Virus record (IMG/VR): IMGVR_UViG_3300047272_000342
Coordinates: 1-24,549 of that record
Strand: one strand, 5' to 3'
Source of the DNA: a virus
Lineage: Duplodnaviria; Caudoviricetes
Length of the DNA: 24,549 bases
Shown here: positions 8,581-17,285 of the stretch, in pieces
Numbering within the stretch: the first letter of the stretch is position 1
How the letters are laid out: each line of letters starts with the position of its first letter
Translations under genes and position numbers: made by a program
The notes under the pieces: generated by a model
The model's input: only the letters and a program-made list of their open reading frames with translations
Told to the model about the DNA's origin: nothing
Database searches by the model: none

Positions 8581-10317
8581 TTGGGTATTTTCAAAAAGGA
8601 CAGCGGAAAGGCTAGAGAGTCTAGACCGAATCTACGCGCCTCTGCCCCAAAGAATGCAACGCGTGTTGCACCAGGAGTCTCTATAGACTCTTTCGGTATT
8701 GTTTACGCCGAGCCTCAGTCTTTCAACTCACCTCGTCCTATGACAGCTGCTGCTGCTCAAGTAAATCTTCAAGACAAGGGTGAAGCAGAACGCTTCAAGT
8801 CTCGTCGCCAGTCTGCTGACACCGCTTGGCAGTCAGAGGCCTGGGAATACTACGACGCAATCGGTGAAGTCAAGTACGCCTTTAATCTAGTTGCGTCTGT
8901 TGTGTCTCGTATTCGTCTTTATGCAGCTGCTATTGCAAACCCAAGCGAAGCACCTGCACCGATTGACTCTGTAGATAAGGTTGATTCTCGACTAGCTGCT
9001 GCCGCAGAGCGTGCTCTAACAAGACTAGACTCTGCTTTTGGTGGACAGGCTGGCCTTCTTAAGGATGCAGCGCTGAACTTGCAGGTGACTGGCGAGTGCT
9101 ATCTGGTTCAGGTTCCAGAGCGTCTTGGTTCTGGCTTACCAGAGTCATGGGACATCCGCTCTGTTGACGAACTCCAGGTCGACTCTAAGGGCAATTACGT
9201 CATCAACTCACGTCGTGACGTAAGCGGAAGCTCTTCTATGTTGTCGCAGGGTAACAAAGATGCACTTAAGCTACCTCAGAGTGCATTTGTTGGTCGCATC
9301 TGGCGTGCACACCCTCGCTACACTCAGGAGTCCGACTCTTCACTACGCGGTCTACTAGACCTCTGCGCCGAGCTTCTACTTCTAAACCGTACCTTCCGTG
9401 CAACTGCACGTTCACGCCTCAACGCTGGTGCTCTTTACTTACCAGATGGTCTATCAGTAGCTGCGTCTCCAGATCCAGACTACCCATACGACGAAGATGG
9501 CAACTACAACGAAGGCTTTACCGCCGAAGAAGCTGCCGATGACTTCGAAGACCAGCTCATCGATGCGATGACCACTCCGATTAAGGACGAGGACTCTGCT
9601 TCTGCTGTTGTTCCGCTAATCATTCGTGGTCCAGCAGAGCTTGGCGACAAGATCAAGCAGTTCAAGTTCGAGCGTTCATTCGACCCAGCCCTAGCTCAGC
9701 GTGCTGACCGAGTGCTAGAGCGCATCATGCAGGGTCTAGACGTCCCTAAAGACATCGTGACGGGTCTAGCGAACGTTAAATACTCTAACGCTCTTCAGAT
9801 CGATGAAAGCCTCTACAAGGCACACATCGAGCCTCTGATGCTGTTGATCGTTGACGCACTAACTGTTATGTACCTGCGTCCATACCTTATTGCAAATGGA
9901 TACACTCCAGACGAAGTAAAGAACGTTTGTATCTGGTACGACCCATCTCTAGTTGCTACCCGCAATGACCGTGCAGCCGATGCTGACATGGGCTTCGACA
10001 AGATGGCTGTGTCGTATGACGCATGGCGTCGCGCTCACGGATTCTCTGAAGCTGATGCTCCAGATGCCAAGGAGTACGCGCTACGTCTAATCGCAGCTAA
10101 GGGTATGGTTACTCCAGAAACTACAGAGGCTGTTCTTGCTGCAATTGCTCCAGACATTATGAATAGTGCTAGAGCGGCTTCGCAAGCTGCATCTCCTGCC
10201 CCTATTCCACCAGCAGTGGATGAGATTTTGCAGGAAGCAACTGGCGTACCAGCGCCTGGCGGTCAAACTGAAGAAACTACTCCCCCACCAGCACTAGCTG
10301 AGCCAGAGGAAGCGTAA
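8581..10317 (+). CDS. Portal protein
   Basis: 578 aa, two genes downstream of terL. Motifs WQSEAWEYYDAIGEV, GECYLV, RIWRAHP, RSRLNAG and SAVVPLIIRGP match actinophage cluster-B-like portals as I recall them. Pro/Glu-rich tail. Confidence 0.85.
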   Translation: MGIFKKDSGKARESRPNLRASAPKNATRVAPGVSIDSFGIVYAEPQSFNSPRPMTAAAAQVNLQDKGEAERFKSRRQSADTAWQSEAWEYYDAIGEVKYAFNLVASVVSRIRLYAAAIANPSEAPAPIDSVDKVDSRLAAAAERALTRLDSAFGGQAGLLKDAALNLQVTGECYLVQVPERLGSGLPESWDIRSVDELQVDSKGNYVINSRRDVSGSSSMLSQGNKDALKLPQSAFVGRIWRAHPRYTQESDSSLRGLLDLCAELLLLNRTFRATARSRLNAGALYLPDGLSVAASPDPDYPYDEDGNYNEGFTAEEAADDFEDQLIDAMTTPIKDEDSASAVVPLIIRGPAELGDKIKQFKFERSFDPALAQRADRVLERIMQGLDVPKDIVTGLANVKYSNALQIDESLYKAHIEPLMLLIVDALTVMYLRPYLIANGYTPDEVKNVCIWYDPSLVATRNDRAADADMGFDKMAVSYDAWRRAHGFSEADAPDAKEYALRLIAAKGMVTPETTEAVLAAIAPDIMNSARAASQAASPAPIPPAVDEILQEATGVPAPGGQTEETTPPPALAEPEEA

Positions 10318-10778
10318 TGGAACAGAACCTAACTAACGCCGATGTTGCGCAGAAGCTAGCCGTACTACTCTCGGATGTAGTTGTTGCTAAATTCATCATG
10401 CACGGATATCACTGGAATGTTTTAGGACCAGATTTTGGCGAGTACCACGAGTTCTTCGCAACTATCTACGAGGACTATGACGATTCAATTGATTTGATTG
10501 CAGAGAACATTCTCAAAGTTGGCTATGCTGCACCGTACTTACTCACAGACTTCCTAGAGATGTCATGCATCAAAGAGGAACGTCTAGGGGATGTCTCCTC
10601 TAGGGAGCTACTAGAGTCGGCACTTAGAGTTAATGCCCACCTGACCGAATGCCACTACTCAGCTTTTGCTGTAGCCAACGACGCCAACAAGCAGGGTTTA
10701 GCTGACTTTCTTGCTGGCAGAATTGACACTCTAGAAAAATGGAACTGGCAAATCAAGGCCTTCTTAGGAGTTCGCTAA
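10317..10778 (+). CDS. dps: Dps family mini-ferritin (DNA starvation/stationary phase protection protein)
   Basis: HGYHWNVLGPDFGEYHEFF...DLIAENI carries the ferroxidase-centre His/His/Asp/Glu. C-terminal LEKWNWQIKA. TAATG overlap with the portal stop. Confidence 0.92.
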   Translation: MEQNLTNADVAQKLAVLLSDVVVAKFIMHGYHWNVLGPDFGEYHEFFATIYEDYDDSIDLIAENILKVGYAAPYLLTDFLEMSCIKEERLGDVSSRELLESALRVNAHLTECHYSAFAVANDANKQGLADFLAGRIDTLEKWNWQIKAFLGVR

Positions 10779-11522
10779 ATGTCATCATACTTAGAAGAAG
10801 TAATTCTCGCACCAGCTGACCGTCTACCTGATATTGATGCTCCTGACTTAGTGCCGCAGCCATTAGAGATCATCAACGATGATCCAGAGGATACTGTACC
10901 CGTCTCGGAAGAAGACTTCTTCAGCGAACCGCGCAAGATTCGATTCTCGCCTGCTACTGAGCAAGAACTTAGAAACAAGTTCTTTACACACAATGCGGCT
11001 CACGGTAGTGACATCTCTAAAAAAGCTGACATCCGTGCAATTCGTGCAGCATACCGACGGGGAGCTGGAGCATTTACGGCTAGCGGTCGTGCCGACTTTA
11101 ATCGTCACTCGTGGGCAATGGCAAGAGTCGATGCCTTCCTGGGGCTACTAGCTTCTGGCAGACCTGCAAACTCGTCATACACATATGACAATGATTTGCT
11201 ACCAGCAAGCCACCCAAAGTCAGCAAAGAGAAATGCAGAGTCACTATCCGATGCTACGGCTGCTGTAAGCGCAGCTACCAGCAACTCGTTAGTTGCCAGT
11301 ATTACAGCGGCTAGCACGTATTCGACAGACGAGCATGCGATTTTTGCGTTAGCAGAGTACTCTGGTCTAGGCTATGAAGTTATCCCCGCTATTCGTGCTG
11401 CTTGGAACAGAGCAGATGCCTCAGAAGAAGGCTCATTCCAAAGAGCTTATGAATTAGCCGCTAATCTTTACAATAGTAAAGATGCCGATCTACTACCAGC
11501 ACAGGAGACTATCGATGGCTAA
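10779..11522 (+). CDS. Phage head-module protein with a YRRGAGAF...WAMARV domain
   Basis: LRNK..HN...IRAAYRRGAGAF...HSWAMARVDAFL..L is a small domain I recognise from phage head-associated proteins; function unknown. Confidence 0.7.
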   Translation: MSSYLEEVILAPADRLPDIDAPDLVPQPLEIINDDPEDTVPVSEEDFFSEPRKIRFSPATEQELRNKFFTHNAAHGSDISKKADIRAIRAAYRRGAGAFTASGRADFNRHSWAMARVDAFLGLLASGRPANSSYTYDNDLLPASHPKSAKRNAESLSDATAAVSAATSNSLVASITAASTYSTDEHAIFALAEYSGLGYEVIPAIRAAWNRADASEEGSFQRAYELAANLYNSKDADLLPAQETIDG

Positions 11523-12027
11523 ATGGCACGACTACATCCAGCCTACAGAGCTAGCAGATACTGTTACCCACTTCAACGACAAGGTTGGAGACTCTAGACA
11601 TGTATCCTCCGACGCCGCACTATCTGTTGCTCAGATGGCATGTGACTACTACAGCTACCTAGATAGCTCAGAGGAAATTGCTGATGCTATTCGCTACGAC
11701 GTACAGAGCTTTGCAGAGTATGCAACACTAGGTGTCAATGTTTCAGAAGAGCTAGAGTTCGCCGAAAGATATTCCACTTTGCTTGCATCAGGTCACCCAG
11801 AGAACGGGTTTAAGAACCTAGACCAGGCAGCCAACTGGATTTCAGGGGCTCCCGAGCTTAACAACACCGCAAAACGAGCAATTGTTGCGGCACTATCTCC
11901 TAAGTCAAGTGAAGTGGAGACACTACACGCCAACACCAGACTTATGCTTATGTCAAAAGATGGCCAGCTATCTGATAGCACCGCTGCCTACCTGGAAAAA
12001 GCACTAAGCCTAGTATCTAGCAAATAA
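11515..12027 (+). CDS. Hypothetical protein
   Basis: Start reassigned to ATG 11515 (RBS AGGAG 11503-11507). Shares an LL.SGHP/LLPASHP-like segment with the upstream protein. Confidence 0.7.
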   Translation: MAKWHDYIQPTELADTVTHFNDKVGDSRHVSSDAALSVAQMACDYYSYLDSSEEIADAIRYDVQSFAEYATLGVNVSEELEFAERYSTLLASGHPENGFKNLDQAANWISGAPELNNTAKRAIVAALSPKSSEVETLHANTRLMLMSKDGQLSDSTAAYLEKALSLVSSK

Positions 12028-12043
12028 TTACCTCATATGCTCA

Positions 12044-12054
12044 TGAGGTAGAAT
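12044..12054 (+). promoter_or_regulatory. Extended -10 promoter candidate
   Basis: TGAGG-TAGAAT in the intergenic gap, overlapping the inverted repeat TACCTCAT (12029-12036) / ATGAGGTA (12043-12050). Confidence 0.55.
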
Positions 12055-12089
12055 TGTACTAGCTTTCTACCCTTTATAAGGACATGTTC

Positions 12090-14840
12090 ATGCTTGAAAC
12101 TTTTTCACTAACCGCTGACGGTAACTCAGCCGCCGCCCGTAGAGCCCGCGTAGCACTTCAGCCTCGTGACAAGTACGGACGTTGGGTTCCGACTGGTGCT
12201 AGCTTGTTTGCTGGCCTAAGCGCTCTTGGCTCTGTTGTTAACGTCCGAGGAAAAGCTATCGGTGGAACTAACAAAAAGGGCCAGATCAGAATGTTGGTCG
12301 GCAGCGGATACGAGAAGTACGGCATCAAGCCGAATACAGTTCTGACCGTTGACTCTAAGAACGGTGAGCTTTTCTCTGGTGCAGTTCTAGACAAGAACTT
12401 CCTGAAGAAGAAGGGAATTAACCCTGACCTTCGACACAGTCTTCCAAAGAATCTGGTAGACCAGCCTCAGACTCTTGACAAGATGGACCCTCAGCCAGCT
12501 GACGAGTTAGACATTGATCTAGCTACAAATGGTCTTAGCGATGACGAAGACAAAGATCTAAAGGCTGAACGCGACAAGGAGCCTCTAGCAACTCTTCCGC
12601 CAGCGATGGAAGTTGCAGAAGGCGAAGAAGTTGCAGACATCGTTGAGGCAGCTGAGCAGGGCAAGACTAAGCCAGCGTCTATTGGCGACCAGGATGCTGC
12701 CGACATTGCTGCATCTGATGCACTTGGAGAAATCTTCTATGGTGGAGATGCTCCTTCTGTAGAAGACCTAATCGACAAAGCTGCTACCCCTACACCTGCT
12801 GCTCAATCAGACGACACAGGTATTGCTGACTTAAAGCCAGGCGACATGGTGCTTCTACAGGGCCGTCCAATGAAGGTTGAGTCTGTGAAGCAGCGCGCGC
12901 TCTCTGGCGGCTGGGACCTAATGGTAGATGACGGCACTGGTCGAGGACCAGTAAACGTTGCAGACCCTAAGAGATTCCCTAATGGCATCCCAGCCAATGC
13001 AACTCTAAAGAAACTTAAGACAGGTGCTGCCCCTGCAGCTACAACTAAGCCTGCAGCTGTCAAAAAAGCTGACGATGCAGCGCCTGCTGCTCCAACCGCG
13101 CCTGCTGCTCCAACAGCACCTAAGCAGGTTACCAAGCCAGCTCCGAAGGCTAAAAAAGTTACCAAGCCAAAAGCAACTCTTCCTACTATCCCTAAGGGTA
13201 GAGAAGATGATGGCAAGGATGTTCCTCGCAATTTGAACTCTCAGGAGCAAATGCGTCAGACGCCTATTGCTCAGATGTTTGACGACAATGGTAACCCACT
13301 ATTTAAGCGCGATAACAAGGGCAAGCGAGTAGCTGCTCAAGATTCTAACGCTATCTACAATGCTCTCTTAGAGCAGAACCCTCAGGCTAAGGTAGACAAG
13401 TCGGGGCACATCATCCTAGAGCGTGGCACATTTACCGACAAGGATGGTAAGAAATATAAGTACGAAGTAGCGGTAGCTAAAACCCACGGCAACCAGTACA
13501 TGGAACGCTACACTTTCACCGATGAGGCGACTGGCGAAAAACAGTCCTTTTACCACTATGACTACAAGGACTCATTCGCAGCTATCTACGGCGAGGACAA
13601 TGGTGTAAACGTATTCCGCGACATCATCCTTGGCGAGCGTATGCCAGGCAAGCCAGGCTCTAAGATGACTCGAGAGAAAGAGTTCTATTTTGGAGACAAG
13701 TCCACTCTAGCTAAGCGATTGATGTTCTTCCGAGGTAAGAAGTCTACTGGCACAGAGATTACTGATGACATGCTTGATGATTCAAACTTCAAGCTGCTCA
13801 CCCCAGAAGAGGTCGTGCGTAAGTACCTCAATGGACGCGGTGAGAAACTTAACATGGCTGAAGGAAAAGCCAAGGGAACTAAGCTTCAAAGCTTTGTTGG
13901 CAGCGCATGGGAAGCTATCGAAGCCGATGACATGGAAGTATTCCAGCAGCGTATGGTCCAGCTACTTGGCCGCCTACCTGACAACGAGGAATCAAGATCT
14001 CTACTTGTCAACACTCTTAGGGACCAAATCAAGAGTAAGTTCAATGGAACACCTCAGGGGCGAAAGCTAGCACCTCTTGCTAATAACATTGAAAAAGCCA
14101 TCATGTCTGATGGTCTAGATCTGCGCGACATTCAGCGACGCCCCTGGGCCTCAAAGGATGGCAAAACAATTCTTAAGGTTGGCGACAAGGTTCGCTACTG
14201 GAACAACGTTGGTGAGTGGTCTATCGGTGAGGTAGTCAGACTTCGCGAACCTCGTAAGGGTTACGACGACATTGTTGCTGTTAAATTTGCTAACGGGACT
14301 CAGAACGTTCTACGCGCTAAGTACATGGATGTTCTAGGAGACGACCTAGACACCGAACTAAACTTGCACGACAAGGATAGCGATTCCACTGACTACATAG
14401 CATCTCTAAAGAATGATGCGCTCCGCGAAGCACGCGGTATCTTCCTAGACTTCGGCGACGCTCTGAAGCAAGAAGACGACAGTCAAAACGCACCTGCTGG
14501 CGCTCCAGTAAACACCACTAACCCTAACGCTGGGCAGCCTTACTTAGGTTCAGATGGTGTAGATGCAGATGCCCCTGCAGCCGATGTTGCAGATCAAGCA
14601 GATGCAGAGGAGCCTGCAACCGAGGCCGAACCAGAAGCACCAGCAGAAAGTAATATCTCTGACTTGGCGGCTGGAGATGCTTGGTATAGCGATGAAGGTG
14701 ACTACTTAGGAACTTTCGTTGAGGCGCAGGTTGTCGAGGCGGATGACGGCACACAAGCATGGGCTGTTATCTACCTGGATGAAGATGGTGATGAGCAGCT
14801 CGAGATCGTTAATCTCGAGGAGTCACGCCTCCCAAAATAG
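12090..14840 (+). CDS. Large head-associated multidomain protein (0-frame product; N-terminal part of a frameshift fusion)
   Basis: About 916 aa; ATG 12090 is better spaced from AAGGA than ATG 12084. Contains N-terminal QPRDKYGRW, three KOW/SH3-like barrels (DLKPGDMV, LKVGDKVRY, DLAAGDAW), and Ala/Pro/Lys and acidic linkers. Ends CTC CCA AAA TAG. Confidence 0.8.
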   Translation: MLETFSLTADGNSAAARRARVALQPRDKYGRWVPTGASLFAGLSALGSVVNVRGKAIGGTNKKGQIRMLVGSGYEKYGIKPNTVLTVDSKNGELFSGAVLDKNFLKKKGINPDLRHSLPKNLVDQPQTLDKMDPQPADELDIDLATNGLSDDEDKDLKAERDKEPLATLPPAMEVAEGEEVADIVEAAEQGKTKPASIGDQDAADIAASDALGEIFYGGDAPSVEDLIDKAATPTPAAQSDDTGIADLKPGDMVLLQGRPMKVESVKQRALSGGWDLMVDDGTGRGPVNVADPKRFPNGIPANATLKKLKTGAAPAATTKPAAVKKADDAAPAAPTAPAAPTAPKQVTKPAPKAKKVTKPKATLPTIPKGREDDGKDVPRNLNSQEQMRQTPIAQMFDDNGNPLFKRDNKGKRVAAQDSNAIYNALLEQNPQAKVDKSGHIILERGTFTDKDGKKYKYEVAVAKTHGNQYMERYTFTDEATGEKQSFYHYDYKDSFAAIYGEDNGVNVFRDIILGERMPGKPGSKMTREKEFYFGDKSTLAKRLMFFRGKKSTGTEITDDMLDDSNFKLLTPEEVVRKYLNGRGEKLNMAEGKAKGTKLQSFVGSAWEAIEADDMEVFQQRMVQLLGRLPDNEESRSLLVNTLRDQIKSKFNGTPQGRKLAPLANNIEKAIMSDGLDLRDIQRRPWASKDGKTILKVGDKVRYWNNVGEWSIGEVVRLREPRKGYDDIVAVKFANGTQNVLRAKYMDVLGDDLDTELNLHDKDSDSTDYIASLKNDALREARGIFLDFGDALKQEDDSQNAPAGAPVNTTNPNAGQPYLGSDGVDADAPAADVADQADAEEPATEAEPEAPAESNISDLAAGDAWYSDEGDYLGTFVEAQVVEADDGTQAWAVIYLDEDGDEQLEIVNLEESRLPK
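13080..13114 (+). repeat. 18-nt-period tandem repeat in a linker (APAAPT x2)
   Basis: GCGCCTGCTGCTCCAAC at 13080-13096 and 13098-13114. Confidence 0.8.
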
Positions 14841-14885
14841 ATAGGGCTGCAGTTGGCCCACAAGATGGGACACCAGCTACAGCCC
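14817..14885 (+). promoter_or_regulatory. Programmed -1 ribosomal frameshift signal 1 (SD-like, slippery heptamer, stem-loop)
   Basis: GAGGAG 14817-14822, in-phase C CCA AAA 14831-14837, a 6-nt spacer, then the stem GGGCTG-C-AGTTGG-CCCA / CAAGA / TGGG-ACA-CCAGCT-A-CAGCCC at 14844-14885. Confidence 0.85.
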
Positions 14886-16978
14886 CTGCTCCGAAAGTAG
14901 CTCCAAATCTAGCTAGTAAGAAATTCGACCTAGCTGGAATTAGAGATCTCAAGAAAAAGGGACCAGGTAGACCTAGGACTACCCCTATTGACCCTAGCTG
15001 GCACGACCTTCGCGCAATCGAGTCTTATATTTATGACAGCATCCCTGCTGGCCACGATTTCGACAAACTAGAGGAGCTTATTTCGGATGTTCGGGCTGCC
15101 CGCACTGACGGAGATACAGATGCGTACGCTACCGCACTTCGCGACCTTCTCAAGTTTCACTATGACAGCTTTGATGCAGCTAACGCATATAAGTCGCCGC
15201 TTGACTTAGTTAAAGCCGACAGATTCATGTCACCTCGTGAAGTTGCTAAAGTAGCTGGATTCCTTCACAATAAAGACCGATCTGGAACTAGCCCTAAAAC
15301 TTACGATGAAGTTAAGTCGGAGTTGGCTAACGAGCTTCGTACAAAAATCCCTCGTATCTCTAGCATCCTAGCCGCACTCGGCGGAGACTGGAAAGCAGAA
15401 GGTGCACTAGAGCTAATTGACCGCTACGAGTCAGAGTTCGAGCAAGCCTATAAGGATGCTGGACTATCTGGATCAGAGGCTAAGTTCCGCGCTCAGGCAA
15501 AGGCTGCAGCTAAGGTGCGCAAGATGATGGACTCTCCATCTACCGCGCACATAAAGCTCTCTTCGGCTTCTGACAATGCTGACATTTTTGTGTACATGGA
15601 CACTGGCCTACCAGCTGGGTCACCATATGCTCCAATTATTGATGACACAGAGGCTTCTGCGATTCTCGGCGGTATCCGAAAAGCTAGAGCTAACAGATTC
15701 AACAAGGATAGGGTAGTTATCCACGCTTTGGCTGGCGGTACGGACCTACCTAAGGCAGTAGCATCACAGATAGGCGAGGGCGATGCTGCATTCACCTTCC
15801 ACCCTGGTGGTAACGGTGGAGTATTTATCTACCCTAAGAAGATAACTGCCATTGGCAAAGATTTGTCGTTCAACCCTAAGTGGTACTCTACTGATGTTTC
15901 GTCTGTAGAGGCTGCCTATCAGCACATCATTGTTCACGAAACTGGCCACTTAATGATGTACAAACACTGGGGTTCAGACAAGGATAATGGTAGAGCGTCC
16001 CTAGTTGCTGACATCAAGAAATTTAAGGTGGCTGGCGGAGCAAGCGAGTATGGTGACCAGAGCCCATCGGAGAACTTTGCAGAGCAATACGCTAAGTACC
16101 TGCTGACTGGTGACGCAACTCCAGAATTCTTAGCCTTGCTAGAGTCTAAGGGTCTAACTAAGGCTCAGATAAACAAGAAGTGGAGAGACGCTTACAAGAC
16201 AGAGTCTCACTCTAAGTTCTTCGACTTCCTAGACAAGATCTGGGAAGATGATAAAGCTCAGTTCATTCCAGAGTTCAACGGGCCAGAAGCATCCGAATAC
16301 TCTAAGTATAAGAAGTTTGGAGCTGGTAGAGTCCACAAGTTAGCTAGACTACTCGGGTTCACAAATAAGAAGCCTCAGCTAATAGACTCCGTTCCTGACG
16401 ACAAGTACAAAATTTGGCGAGCAGTAGATAATATTGACCGTGATGGAGTTAATGTCCCAGCAGAGCAGCTGCACGATGAGTATCTGACTCTAGATAAGCC
16501 TTGGTTCGGATATGGAATCTACGGAGATGGCCAGTATTTTGCAGCTCACGAAGGTGACACTTACAGCTTCGGTCAGTATGCTATGGCTTTTTCTCTAGAC
16601 CCTAACGCTAAGGTGTACGTTTACGGCAGACGTTACGGCTCGGGCGGAATCTATAGCCCTGTAAACAATGGCAACTACGATGTAGAGAAATTCAGCTCTG
16701 AATTGCAGAGTAGCTTGCTCAGGGAGGTAGTTCTGAACGAGATAGCTCCTGATGCTACTGAAGCAGAGATTCGAGTAGAGATACAGCTTCTCAAGAGTAA
16801 ACTCGGACTTACTGGTGATTCTCAGCACGATGCATCTATTTTGGCTGGAATGTTTGGATTCCAGGGCATAGAAGTTGTTGGAGGCGGTACTTCTAGCTAC
16901 ATTGTTGCACTTGATAGAAGCATGATAAGGATGCCTAAGCCTAGAAAAGACCTACTTAGAACAAGTAGATCTAGATAA
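14837..16978 (+). CDS. -1 frame extension (713 aa): HEXXH metallopeptidase plus ADP-ribosyltransferase-like domain
   Basis: Frame is open from 14813 to 16978 with no ATG/GTG/TTG before 15227. Peptidase motifs: HETGH 15935-15949 and SEY...SENFAE 16043-16084. ART-like motifs: IWRAV, GYGIYGDGQYF, GFQGI and YIVALDR at 16412-16918. Confidence 0.75.
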   Translation: MDRAAVGPQDGTPATAPAPKVAPNLASKKFDLAGIRDLKKKGPGRPRTTPIDPSWHDLRAIESYIYDSIPAGHDFDKLEELISDVRAARTDGDTDAYATALRDLLKFHYDSFDAANAYKSPLDLVKADRFMSPREVAKVAGFLHNKDRSGTSPKTYDEVKSELANELRTKIPRISSILAALGGDWKAEGALELIDRYESEFEQAYKDAGLSGSEAKFRAQAKAAAKVRKMMDSPSTAHIKLSSASDNADIFVYMDTGLPAGSPYAPIIDDTEASAILGGIRKARANRFNKDRVVIHALAGGTDLPKAVASQIGEGDAAFTFHPGGNGGVFIYPKKITAIGKDLSFNPKWYSTDVSSVEAAYQHIIVHETGHLMMYKHWGSDKDNGRASLVADIKKFKVAGGASEYGDQSPSENFAEQYAKYLLTGDATPEFLALLESKGLTKAQINKKWRDAYKTESHSKFFDFLDKIWEDDKAQFIPEFNGPEASEYSKYKKFGAGRVHKLARLLGFTNKKPQLIDSVPDDKYKIWRAVDNIDRDGVNVPAEQLHDEYLTLDKPWFGYGIYGDGQYFAAHEGDTYSFGQYAMAFSLDPNAKVYVYGRRYGSGGIYSPVNNGNYDVEKFSSELQSSLLREVVLNEIAPDATEAEIRVEIQLLKSKLGLTGDSQHDASILAGMFGFQGIEVVGGGTSSYIVALDRSMIRMPKPRKDLLRTSRSR

Positions 16979-16983
16979 AGAAT

Positions 16984-16994
16984 TGGTATAGGAT
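16984..16994 (+). promoter_or_regulatory. -10 element for a leaderless transcript
   Basis: TAGGAT (16989-16994), 6 nt before ATG 17001. Confidence 0.5.
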
Positions 16995-17000
16995 TATCTT

Positions 17001-17285
17001 ATGGTCGATTATAAGAAACTTAGCGCAGAGTATTCACAGAGGTTTGGCTATGCAATATCTGCAGCAACGCACTCTGACTACTTCAGTGTTGATGGTAAAA
17101 CTTGGGACCTAACCGCTGACTGGACTAAAGATGCCAATCACGTATTCGCGGCGGAAGATTTTCAGGCCTATATTTTCAATCAAATAAAGATTATAACTGC
17201 TCCCTCAAACAAGAAGCCACCTACAATGGAGCAGCTTCCAGAAGAGCTTAGGGCTTGGCTATTGAGAGTAGAGGCTAGAGGCTAA
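17001..17285 (+). CDS. Hypothetical protein (candidate immunity/antidote protein)
   Basis: 94-aa ORF directly after the effector-like domains. Function is inferred from position only. Confidence 0.55.
   Translation: MVDYKKLSAEYSQRFGYAISAATHSDYFSVDGKTWDLTADWTKDANHVFAAEDFQAYIFNQIKIITAPSNKKPPTMEQLPEELRAWLLRVEARG

Noticed and set aside
8646-8652. In-phase C CCA AAG slippery-like heptamer early in the portal gene
   Set aside because: The -1 frame gives only about 45 non-protein-like codons before a stop, with no evident stimulator.
14838-14840. Stop-codon readthrough or TAG recoding as the explanation for the split ORFs
   Set aside because: The continuations are in the -1 frame rather than the 0 frame, and TAG acts as a normal stop for several other genes.
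14841-15226. Apparent 386-nt intergenic gap as an ncRNA, or the 14844-14885 hairpin as a terminator
   Set aside because: The gap is an open -1 reading frame, and the hairpin has no U-tract and sits at frameshift-stimulator spacing.
15227-16978. Stand-alone 583-aa gene starting at ATG 15227
   Set aside because: It has no SD, and the frame is open and protein-like for about 130 codons upstream, back to the slippery site. A frameshift extension explains it better.
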